Shown here: in pieces, positions 1-10,259 of the stretch
Numbering within the stretch: position 1 is the stretch's first letter
Layout: every line of letters begins with the position of its first letter
Assembly: GCA_010015805.1 (NCBI GenBank)
Contig: ML978128.1
Location: 1,850,749 to 1,870,748, forward strand
Direction: 5' to 3'
DNA: 20,000 bases
Source of the DNA: Rhizodiscina lignyota
Taxonomy: Eukaryota
Position numbers and translations under genes: made by a program
The notes under the pieces: generated by a model
Seen by the model: the letters and a program-made list of their open reading frames with translations, nothing else
Told to the model about the DNA's origin: nothing
Databases searched by the model: none

Positions 1-1239
1 GTTGGAGAGGTCCTGTTGTTTTCCCTTTATGATGACTAAGCCTACACGTTTGGCATGACGTCTGAAGTTCCAGTCAACGACGTGGCCCATGCTGAGTGCT
101 GCTGTTACGCTTCCGGAGCCCATGGCAATGTAACAGAGTCCAATTTGAAGAGTGCCGAGGTTATATGCCTGTTCATACATGTATGGCAGACTACCGGTGA
201 CGATCATCATGCCGCAGAAGAAGAAGCCATTGTACAGAAGAACAATTGCGCTCTCCTTCTCACCTAGGATGTACAGCGTCCTCAGCGGGTTCGGAATGGG
301 GATTTTACGCTTTTGCCGAGGCTTATTCTCGTGCGTAGCGTTAGAGGTGGTCTCACCGCGCTCTTTGCGCTGCCTTCGTTGCTGCCAGTACCCGAGCAGT
401 GACTGGTTGAGGCCGGTAGCTGGAATTGAGCCATTTCCGACGACATTGCGACACGTTTCCGGGAAGAAGATAGTGAATATGATGCACATGACTCCGGAGA
501 AAATCGCCAGGAACCAAAAGATCGACCGCCATCCCAAATATTGAGCCAAAAGTCCGCCCACAGTCGGACCAAAGGCAGTTCCCATTACGATGCCTGCTTG
601 GGAGTATCCTGTGTACTTGCCTCTCTCGGATGAAGTCGCTATATCGGAGACGACGGCAATGGAGAGGGCAATTGCTGCACTACAGCCGAAAGCTTGGATG
701 AGACGAAGGATGAGAAGAGCAGCGTAGTTGGTCTGCAAGGCTAGGCCGATGTTGGCGATCATGTAGATGATGAAGCAGATTATGAATGATAGGCGGCGGC
801 CGCTGTTGTCAGACATTGTTGCAATTAGAGCTGGCGATATTCCTTGTGCAATCTTCTTTGATTAGCTTGTTCTTCGATGCTATATTCGAGATGTACGGAC
901 CATGTAAGTTGTGATGGACAGGTTAACGAGAGTGGGAGAGATGTGCAACTCATTGGACATGAGGTTCATCGCGGGCCAGTATGTTGTCGCTCCGAATGGT
1001 GAAATCAAGGCTGATGTAGCGACAGACATTATAATGAATATCTTGGCCCTTGGACTCCAAACAGAGTAAGGTGGCCCGGACGGTACACGAGTGAGCGAGT
1101 TGTCGGCGACGTCCTGTGGCATGATGCCGGCCTCCAATGCGCCTGTGATGTTTGCATCGCGAATGCTTCCCTCGCGAGAAGAGTCATCTTCATGTATTGA
1201 GACGCGAGGGGAGTCTTCCAGGGAGTTTGGCCTCCCCAT
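1..1239 (-). CDS. MFS transporter, DHA1 (drug:H+ antiporter, QDR/AQR1-like) family; 3' end lies beyond the left edge of the window
   Basis: Exon 1 is 1239-901 (MGRPNS...YSVWSPRAKIFII...LVNLSITTYM). A 48-nt intron spans 900-853 (GTCCGT...GCTAAT...AAG). Exon 2 runs 852 to <1 with no stop. Manual translation gives IAQGISPALIATMSDNSGRR (MFS motif A), LLILRLIQAFG, VSDIATSSERGKY, GPTVGGLLAQYLGWRSIFWFL, FFPETCRNVVGNGS and VVDWNFRR, all typical of fungal DHA1 transporters. Confidence 0.92.
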
Positions 1240-2247
1240 TTTGTAGTTTTGAGACGGTGAAGTGGCTAAAGAAAATGTGGAATGTATTGTTTGTATAAAT
1301 GGACAAGGTCCAATTCAGCTCATATTATATATTGATTGCAAGATAAAGTCAGACTGACATTCGCTCGTTCTCAATACGAAAAAACAGCTCTAAAATATGA
1401 AATGAAGACTAAAAACTGATGTAAGGTGGTGACACGGGTATAAGTTGGCTACCCAACCTACAACACTATCGAGCCACAGAGAGAATTTTGATCGGAGAAT
1501 ACCCAATGAGGAGCAAGTCATGTTCAGCGCGGACCATCATAGCCCGCACTTACGAACTATTCGTTGAGCTTCTTCATCGCCATCGTGAAGGCGGCTATGC
1601 CGACTTATCCGCCACCGCAATTTTACTAGTAGCGGTACCGGCAATGAAGCGATCTTGATGCCACGAAATCAGAAACAAAAGGGACCCGTGCCACGACAAT
1701 TTGGAAGAGGCGAGATCCTGTTGTCGACCTGGGAACGGTCGGCACGACGATGGACACGCACACCGTCCTGCCAGTCATACATGCGTGTCCGTTCTCTTTT
1801 CAGATCTTCTCGGATGTAGCGAGCCGAGAAGAGCCATAAAATCGTTAAACTTGTTTCAAGGAGCCGGAAAATGCCATGAGAGATCGGGTATGACGGATTG
1901 AAAGACTGTTTAAAAAACCACGATGAAGTTGAAATGATGTCTGAAAGAGGTCACAGCTGACACAAACCTTGAATTAAAGCTAACAAGATCGCCTCATCGA
2001 TCTAGCAACTGGCGGAAAATAGGAAAATTAAAGATCACGTGCAAGACGCTTGGCAGGGCAACGGCCTTATCCGAGAAGCCTCATCCAATTTTCCCCAGTC
2101 GGTTCTCGAACGTCTGTGCAGCGATGATCAATCCTGCTGTTGAGACTCATCAAGATCTTCTGTTCATCTATCTGTCATTTAACTCGTCCGCCATAGAGGC
2201 GACGCCCACCATCGTCTCTTCTAGATTTTCAGCAACGCTCACTTACA

Positions 2248-2500
2248 CTCCGCAGTTAGATGGATGACTGCGAATCCAACGAGCAACTCCAAACAGCCAA
2301 GAGCATGTCCGACTATGTGAAGCACCCCATTTCAAGTTGACAGTATTCAGCGTGATCCAATGAGAGACATTCGTGCTTCGGAGCAGTTCACGAAGACGAC
2401 AAAGAAACTTCCACCAATGAAACGCGGAGCGTCCCTGGTCTGGCGATCTCCCCGCCAGAAGGCATGGGGAGCTTGTCGAACGTGAACATATTTTGCGGAG
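2248..2500. promoter_or_regulatory. Cluster of CreA/Cre1 carbon-catabolite repression sites (SYGGRG)
   Basis: Matches at 2248-2253 (CTCCGC, minus strand), 2424-2429 (GCGGAG), 2450-2455 (CCCCGC, minus strand) and 2495-2500 (GCGGAG) flank the GARE upstream of a plant cell wall degrading enzyme. The motif is short, so individual sites are weak evidence. Confidence 0.5.
2410..2418 (+). promoter_or_regulatory. Putative galacturonic-acid-responsive element (GARE, GaaR site)
   Basis: TCCACCAAT is an exact match to the TCCNCCAAT consensus of ascomycete pectinase promoters. It lies about 300 bp upstream of the GH28 ATG at 2716. Confidence 0.65.
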
Positions 2501-2715
2501 AGCCATGTGGTATACACACAGATCTGGTATATGAATTTTCCCGGTTACCTGGGTTTTCTTGGAGATTTGCTCCTCGATCTATCCGAATTGGCTAATCGCC
2601 ACGGCTCTGATGCCACCGGAAGCATAATTTATATCAACCGACTACTCAGCCAAGTTTCTGATATCTCCTCCCTCCCTCCATCCCTTAGTCTATCTCTGTT
2701 GCTGTCTCTACGATC

Positions 2716-4179
2716 ATGTTCAGTTCCATATCCAATCTTCTGCTCCCCTGTGTTCTTAGCAGTCTCTTCGTGATACTTGTGAGCTCAACCTCTCCGCCAT
2801 CATATAGTAAGAGCTGCGTGATACCGTCAAAGTACAGCTCCTCGAATGGCACTGCGGACGATTCATCGGCCATTGCTACTGCGTTTGCGGAGTGCTCGAC
2901 AGATGCTGTAATCACATTTTCCGAAGGCGTCAACTATAATGTGTACCAGCCCATCTCAGCCAAGAATCTCTCCAACGTTGTAATCGAAATATATGGCAAC
3001 CTTCATTTGCCACAGAATATCTCCGTTGTTCAGACATATGTGAACGCGACGAGCACCGGGACTCTATACTGGTTGACTTTCTGGGGTCCGTCGATTAACT
3101 TCGTCGGAACTGCGAACATCTCTAACGGATGGATTAATTCATATGGCCAGGGCTGGTGGGACGCCAACGCCGTCAATGGAACCGGGACGGCTGCGCGCCC
3201 TCACTTGCTCAGTTTCAATACCACAAATGGCTCTATGCAGCACTACAAATCGCGGAAACCCATTGCATGGAACGTGCAATTGATTGGCGAGAACATTACG
3301 GTCACTGATACGTTCATCGACGCTTATTCCGTATCCGGTAGTTTCCCGTTCAACACCGATGGCTTTGGTGGGTCCAAATCGATCTGACTAGATGTCAGCG
3401 GTGCGACTAACCTTCTCTCAAATAGATGTTACAGGGACAAACATCAACATCTTTAATAGCATCATCTATAACGGGGATGATGCAATCGCTGTCCAATCTG
3501 GCTCTCATGGAGTCCTCTTTCAAGGTGGTACGATCGGCTACCAGACCCACGGCATGAGCATCGGCTCTCTCGGTCAAAACCAAGCTTCATTCGCGAACGT
3601 TACCGATATTCATTTCGATGATATTACAGTTGTCAACGGTGTTTATGCGTCGTTTGTCTCCCTAAATAGCTTTTTCGAGGGCGACTTACTAACCACGATC
3701 GTAGGCGCTTCAAGTCATGGGAAGGTGGACAGGGTCTGGCAAAGAACGTCACTTGGTCCAACATCCGCGCTTACAACGTAACATTTCCGATCTTCGTTAC
3801 GCAGACGTATCTCAATCAAGGTTCAAACCAAACGCAGCTCGAGAATGGCGCTACTTCGGGTCGGCCGAACAACGCGACCGTCAACATGGAGGATTTCACC
3901 TGGGCGAACTTCACAGGCACAATCAACACGTTCATGCCAGGCGATGGATCTTGTGTGAGTGATCCTTGCTGGTATAACGTGGGATTGCCAAATTTGCAGC
4001 ATACAGAAGCCATAATCATCGAGTGCAACACCAACGTGTCCTGCAAGAGCTTTGTGTTGGAAAATATAGAGCTGATCCCGCAGAGCTTGGATGCACCCAC
4101 GATGGTTTGTATTAATGCAACATCATCATTGAACCCAGGCTTGGGGGTTGACTGTGTTAATGGGACGTATACCTCATAG
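2716..4179 (+). CDS. Secreted glycoside hydrolase family 28, exo-polygalacturonase / exo-rhamnogalacturonase-like (450 aa)
   Basis: Exons are 2716-3367, 3426-3651 and 3705-4179. Introns are 3368-3425 (GTGGGT..ACTAAC..TAG) and 3652-3704 (GTTTGT..ACTAAC..TAG). The spliced protein has a signal peptide and the four GH28 motifs: [29 protein letters not shown] and ASRFKSW. It also has many N-x-S/T sequons and a Cys-rich C-terminus. Confidence 0.93.
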
Positions 4180-4298
4180 AGTACAGAGCAGAAATCCAAA
4201 AGCAGCTGTCGATATCAATATCCTTCCGACCATTAAAGATGTCATTCATCAGACATCTACTCCACTGCACCGATCGACGAATAACCCATCCCGCGAGA

Positions 4299-5573
4299 TC
4301 AAGCCCGACCGATTCTGAACAGAACATTCATACGTTCAGGGTGTCCAGGAGTAGCGAAGACCTTGATCCCCCGAACTGCTTTCTTGCCCAGGGCATCCTT
4401 GTGTTGCGCAAGAAGCCATCCAACGCCGCCTCCGTTTGGAGAGCCGAGCAATGCTTGCCCTTCTTGCGTTGATGGGGATATCTCCTTTGCCTTGGCCCAC
4501 TCCTCGGGGAGTCCATCGCCGCCAATGACTTTCTCTGCAATCCAAACAGATTCTGGGTTGTCGACGTCCATGTGCAGGATATTCGAGAGCCCGGCCACTC
4601 GCGATCCAGCAACGTGGGCCCACTCGAGGAATGTAATGTCCGACCAATGCTTCATATCTGGAACGGCTGCACCATGTGGAGCCCTTCCCTCCTTGACCAT
4701 ATATTCAGGGCTGCGTGCCTCCGTTACGATAATAACCCCGTTCAAAGCATCGTATTCGGCGTTATAATAAGCATTGGTGCCTTCGTGCTAATCGTTGGTG
4801 AGCATCACTTCCATCTAGATTGTGCGAAAAGCCACAGGACTTACCTCCCATTCATCGGTCATTCCAAGATGCAGAGTAGCAATTGATTGCAAGCGGGTGA
4901 GATCTACGCCGATGGCCTTCAAGGCATCCCCGCCCACTTCTCTCTTCAGAGTCTCCGGGTCGGTCTTTGCCTCGTCCTCAGTAACCCAGCCATTCTTGTC
5001 TAGGTCATTGTACGAAGTGTATTGAGAGTCCAGTGGAGAATTCACTTTCCAAGCATCCAAGAGCTTGCGCGCGTCTTCCTTCGATTCTTTCGCGACGCAT
5101 TGTAGTGCAGCTCCTTTTTCAAAGGACGCAGTCCAGAGCTGGTCCTTTTTCTCCTCAGTCCAATTCTGGATTTGATCGGCACTGTCCTCACTGGGCTCGT
5201 CGTCACCACTGCCAGTGGCATCATCGTCGTCGTCGACGATATCCATGCCGTCGCTGTCGCCGTTATCATCGTCACCCTCACCCATCTCAACATCTGATGG
5301 CTCGGCTCTCTTGTTCACGGGCGCCTTAACACTTGTGCCGATCGTGATGTGCGAAGTGTTTGCGTTCTGATTCGATTCATGTCTCTTACGGTTTTCGTCG
5401 TCGCGATTGATTCCACGAAGCAGAGTGTTCCCAAGAATGCCGCCGTTACCAGGGGGATACTCGACCGATGAACTGGCAACATTGGCAGTGCGGAAGCTTA
5501 GTAGCGAGATCAAAATAAAGAGAAGGAGGAGACAGCAGAGCAGGACGTTGCGGCTATGCAGAAGTTGAGACAT
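4299..5573 (-). CDS. Uncharacterised fungal secreted or signal-anchored protein (405 aa) with an Asp/Glu-rich tract and a globular C-terminal domain
   Basis: The ATG at 5573 has a strong context (ACCACCATG), preferred over the ORF-track start at 5690. Exon 1 is 5573-4845. A 57-nt intron spans 4844-4788 (GTAAGT..GCTCAC..TAG) and removes the stop. Exon 2 (4787-4299) joins in frame with the 4299-4745 ORF. The protein has a hydrophobic N-terminus (VLLCCLLLLFILISLLSF), dibasic RKR and NKR sites, an acidic tract, and C-terminal motifs HWSDITFLEW and ALLGSPNGGGVGWLLAQHKDALGKK. Confidence 0.82.
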
Positions 5574-5980
5574 GGTGGTTCTTCGAAACGTCCCTCGCTT
5601 CTGGTAGACAATAAAGACACCCATGACGAGATGGAGATGGTTTAGAAATGGATAGAAATTAGTAACGTGATTGTTGCTATATAACTCCAATTAGGCCTAT
5701 GACTGAGCTCCCGGGTTGTCGTGGATGTCGTCATTGTAGGGACTTCGTGATGTTCTCGAATGCGCAAACAACCGCGGACCCTAGTAGTGTGCGCGATGTA
5801 GTCTGATATGACATATTTGGACAGAGGTTGAGCGAGGAGCTCCGCGGAGAATTCTAGATTACAAGCCTCTAACGGCTGAGGATGATGATGCATCACTATG
5901 GGTATAACGCTATGCAGAAAGGCGGACAGGGCCAGTCGCGTGCAGCTACTTGGGCTCTGAGTCGTTGCGACAGTTTCAGG

Positions 5981-6922
5981 CTACCATCGTTCATAGTCGG
6001 GGAAATAAGCGTTGTGGATTCGTCCCGCGTAATCCATCACAGCCGGAAGATTACGAACAAATCGTGCCGACTCCGGGCCACTGCGTTGGCAGATGTCAGT
6101 AAACTGGAACTCCGGAACGTTGACAAGTTCATCTTCCACTCACCTTGTGGCGACCAAAGCAGAGTTGATAAAGCCAAAAACAGTTGTATCGCACTCCGTC
6201 GGACGCTCCCCTCCGAGACACCAGAAGCAAGAATCATCATCATTGCCATCGTGGAGCTGAGCCTTTTTCCTCCGGCTCTCTTCCAGTAATCCGTTGAGCG
6301 TTGACCAGATCTCTTCGCGAAATTTCCGCGCTTCTTCAGCGGTGAATCGTCCAGTCCCCTGACCGTGCAACGTTTGGGTATGACTCCGGTAGATCAACTG
6401 TCCTATTAGAACACGGAAAGGATATGAGAATGCTTCAAGAGCTTTGTCACGCTGGACGTAGAAGTTGTCCATGTCCATCCAACGTTCGCGCATCTGTTTG
6501 TTCTCATCAGCAACCTGAGAAATCTGGAGGCTCTCGAATGACTACACTGAAAATGTGAAATAAACACATACACTGAAGAAGTATAAACGATCCTCCATTA
6601 AAGCTCGCATCGCCAGGTCTTGAGCTTTGGAAGTTGGCGTGAGAGTAGCATTCAAGTCGTCGATGAGTCCGCGTTCTTCGAAATGCTTGGCAATCAGACC
6701 AGAGTCTCCCACTGCTGCCTTTTGATCTCCTTCGGTGACCTCCACATACGGAATCTTTCCCGTTGGTGCCGTTCGTGGTGAACCGCCAGCTGTCTGATAT
6801 GGAAGATTCGATAGACGGAGTCGCAACTCGAGTTTCGTCACGAACGGCGACCAAACGTAATAACCTCTGCCAGTCCAGCCCCTGAACAGAGTAACCTGAA
6901 CGGATTTGTGAGACTTTGACAT
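5981..6922 (-). CDS. Glutathione S-transferase-fold protein, FAX (failed axon connections)/metaxin-like family (266 aa)
   Basis: Exons are 6922-6572, 6493-6144 and 6080-5981. Introns are 6571-6494 (GTATGT..GCTGAT..CAG) and 6143-6081 (GTGAGT..ACTGAC..CAG). Motifs are WSPFVTKLELRLR, APTGKIPYV, GDSGLI, MEDRLYF, LHGQGTGRFTAEE, LGGERPTECDTTVFGF and the spliced C-terminus VMDYAGRIHNAYFPDYERW-stop. Confidence 0.9.
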
Positions 6923-7220
6923 TACGAGAATTGTACAAATCCCCTGAGATAATAAGAGGTGAAGTTCAATAATTCAGCGAAGAACTGTGGAATGCCTTTC
7001 CAAACGATCAAGAAACAGTTCCCTGGGAAATGATGTGTGCTTTTTCAGCCACCCACGATATGATGTCTCGTCCAAAGATATGAGCCACCATAAGACATTT
7101 AAGTGGCGGGAGTACGAGTACTTATATTGCGAAGATGTTTGGAGCTTGATTAAACTTTCACGCTTCGGGGCTTCTTTCACGCAGAAAATGGGAGGAGGCG
7201 GCCTTTGTATCGTGTCGCTA

Positions 7221-7268
7221 CGGGGCCCTGCTGAATCTCACGGGGCCTCTGCTAAATCTCTCGGGGCC
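7221..7268. repeat. Short tandem repeat, about 2.4 copies of a 20-21 bp unit
   Basis: CGGGGCCCTGCTGAATCTCA (7221-7240), CGGGGCCTCTGCTAAATCTCT (7241-7261) and CGGGGCC (7262-7268), read directly from the sequence. Confidence 0.75.
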
Positions 7269-8427
7269 GACGAAAAAAGGCCGTGTCGCGTGGAGAAATC
7301 TCCGAAGTCAGGCCGGCTTGGGAAGAACTGCGTGGCGCCTTGGCGACAGGTCAGTGAAGTATGATTCGATAGTTTCGACTCTCGAGAATTGAAATTATAG
7401 TATTGTTTACTTTCAGCAACGTTGCGAGTCCATTGAATTGCAAATTTGTGTCTAGCTCTTGAGGTTAAAGTAGTTCATCTTAAGAGCGAGTTGTGAGTTT
7501 GGCCTTTTGAAAATTCTAGTAGGAGGACTGTCCTCTACATGAAGACTATACCATCGCTCGAAAGGGATGATTGGGGGTACTGCTTCGATGCGCGAGCACT
7601 CCTGCCTCAAGTACCGATTCATAAGGTATCGAAGTTAAAGAATAGAGTTGTGATGTTTCGGGCGCACCCGCCTCGGCCGCGTAGTTAGGTAGGCGTTCGC
7701 GTCCTGACCCTTGCTCGTGAGATAGTCCTATCAGGGCAAGAGCGGTTCGTGGGTGGCAGAAAAGTCGCGCCGTCGTTTCGACAGATCGAACGACCGATAA
7801 AATGCGACAGCTTCTTCAATTTCTCCGTATAAATGCCTTAAGATTAGACGAGATCAACAAGAATCAGCGGAGGTATAGTGGACTAAGCTTTCAATGCTGC
7901 TCTCGCTTGGGTTGAAGAGAAAAAATCATTCAAGCTGCACCGTATCGACCTTCATGGGCCTCGAGTATTTTGTCCCCTCGAACGGGTCAGAACCTTATTC
8001 TCACATTCGCTGCTTCCCCAATCACCCTTCCTCCCTGATCATGAAGCAGGCTGTTACGCGATGAAAGCTGTGTCACCATGAATTCGCGGCGTCGTTCGCC
8101 AAATGCTGCTCAGTTAGCCTCTGCCTGCAGGCTGGAGATATCGTCACGGCACTATCTGCCGCGACCACTTCCACCTGCCATGCTGGGCGTACCGTCGATC
8201 TCCGCTGCGGGAATCCTGTGCGGAGATGCCCCCAGCCCAATCAAACACTTCCAGCATTGAACGATAGAAGTTAGTTCTGCAAGCACGCGATATGTAGGCA
8301 GGTAGGTGTAAGTGGGTCAAGTGCGGAATACAAGGTCGAGGATTTCAATGACGTGCTGCCAATTGACTCTCGATCTACCTCCTCCAAGCTTTCTCGAACT
8401 CCTCTCCTTTCCCTACCACCTATCGTC

Positions 8428-10259
8428 ATGCTTGGCGTACTTCGAGCTGTTGCAGGCTTGGCCCTTCTAGGGCAAGCTTTCTCTAATCCCTTGGGAACTC
8501 ACCCAGAACTCATTCAGCGGAATGCCCCTGGTTGCAAGGGTGCCGTTGCGAGCGAAAGCAGCATCTGCAGTGACATAGGAATCGACCTTTACAAGGCTGG
8601 TGGTAATGCTGCCGATGTTCTTGTTGGGACGGTGTTCTGTATTGGGGTTGTGGGGATGTATCACTCCGGTGAGTTAATCCTGTAGTGCAAACATGAATTT
8701 TAGAACTGTGTTAATTTGTTCACCGAAATACAGGAATTGGAGGTGGAGGATTCATGCTCGTTCGAGCTCCGAATGGAACGTATCAGTTTATCGACTTCCG
8801 CGAAACAGCTCCTGCCGCAGCGTATCAGGACATGTATGACAACAACACCGATCTCAGTCTGCACGGTGGCCTTGCCAGGTAAATTCGAACCCATGGAGTC
8901 ATATTTAAGCTAACAATTAGCAGTGGAGTCCCTGGCGAGCTTCGAGGGTTGCAATACCTTCATGAGCATTACGGTGCTCTGCCCTGGAAGGATGTTATGC
9001 AAGGCGCTATCCGTACCGCTCGCTATGGCTGGAACGTTACCCATGATTTGGTCGCTTACATGGCGTCTGCCAATGCAAGTGCTCCCGTACCAAATTTCCT
9101 GTGTGCTGAACCAAGCTGGGCCATCGATTTCTGTCCGAATGGCACACTCAAAGGTCTCGGGGATGTGATCACGCGCAAAAGATATGCAGACACGCTTGAA
9201 ACGATTGCGAACGAAGGCCCCGATGCTTTTTATACTGGTGCTATCGCAGAAACCACCATTGCAGCGTTAAAGACCCAGAATGGAACTATGACGCTGAAGG
9301 ATTTGGCGAACTACACTGTTGCCCTACGTGAGCCATATAACATTAGTTATCATGATGACTATGTTATCCATGGAGGTAGCACACCTAGTTCAGGCGCGAT
9401 AGTTCTCGCAGCCTTGAATACCGTTTCCGGTTACAGCGACTTCTTTACTACCGATTCGGTGAACCTCAGTACGCACCGACTTGACGAAGCTATTCGATTT
9501 GCTTACGGCGCTCGCACCGATCTCGGCGATCCTTCATTTGTTGCCAACATTTCAAGATATGAACAAGAACTCCTCCTACCACAGACGGGCGCTGAAATCA
9601 GATCTAAAATATCGGATTTCCATACATTCAATGTGTCCTACTATGACCCAGCTGGCATTCAATCGCTCAACACGCCTGGAACTTCTGCGGTTACAACTGC
9701 GGACGCGGAGGGATTGGCCATATCTCTGACCACTACGGTCAATCTGCTCTTCGGCTCTAACCTTATCGTTCCCGAAACCGGCGTGATCATGAACAACGAA
9801 ATGAACGATTTTTCGATCCCAGGATCATCGAACGCGTTCGGATTCATACCATCTCCGAGCAATTACATCAAGCCAGGCAAGAGACCACTGTCATCGATAT
9901 CGCCCACAATCGTTGAGTTCGCCAACGGAACGCTATACTTCGTCGTCGGCGCTGCAGGTGGATCGCACATCATCACGGCCAACATCCAGAATATTATACA
10001 CGTGGTTGACCAGAATATGACGGCGCCTGAGGCGCTGGCGGAGCCTCGCTTCCATGACCAGCTTGTTCCGAACCTGGCTATGTTCGAGTATGCGTACAAC
10101 AACGAGACAGTCGCGTACATGAAATCGCTCGGCCACAATGTGACGTGGATGACCCCATTCGGAACTAGTTCGGCGCAGTGCATTCGGCGCCATCCCAATG
10201 GGACGTTTGAAGCGGCTGGCGAGCCTCGACAAATTAATTCTGGAGGCTATGCTATCTAG
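8428..10259 (+). CDS. ggt: Secreted gamma-glutamyltranspeptidase / glutathione hydrolase (Ntn hydrolase, MEROPS T3; 573 aa)
   Basis: Exons are 8428-8668, 8734-8878 and 8924-10259. Introns are 8669-8733 (GTGAGT..CAG) and 8879-8923 (GTAAAT..GCTAAC..CAG). Features are a signal peptide (MLGVLRAVAGLALLGQAFS) and motifs GAVASES, GGNAAD, YHSGIGGGGFML, IDFRETAP, SGVPGELRGL, autoprocessing site PG/TSAV, SLTTTVNLLFGS, MNNEMNDFS, PGKRPLSSISP, GAAGGS and PRFHDQL. Confidence 0.96.

Noticed and set aside
55..572. ORFs 55-267 (+), 152-544 (+) and 282-572 (-)
   Set aside because: They are antisense or alternative-frame shadows of MFS exon 2, which is open in another frame and carries family motifs.
1701..2506. 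Short ORFs between the MFS and GH28 genes
   Set aside because: No protein-like motifs or splice model. The region is better explained as a divergent promoter.
3389..3412. Second TAG/ATGT acceptor-like sequence inside GH28 intron 1 that would read DVSGATN
   Set aside because: It would need a 24-nt intron and is out of frame with the downstream exon. Most likely coincidental.
5574..5690. Longer N-terminal extension of the 4815-5690 ORF
   Set aside because: It starts at a non-ATG codon. The ATG at 5573 has an ideal CACC context and puts the hydrophobic signal at the N-terminus.
7381..7540. AT-richer stretch with a short imperfect hairpin (about 7519-7538) as a possible RIP-mutated transposon relic
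   Set aside because: No terminal repeats, target-site duplication or transposase remnants are visible, and the composition fits ordinary intergenic DNA.
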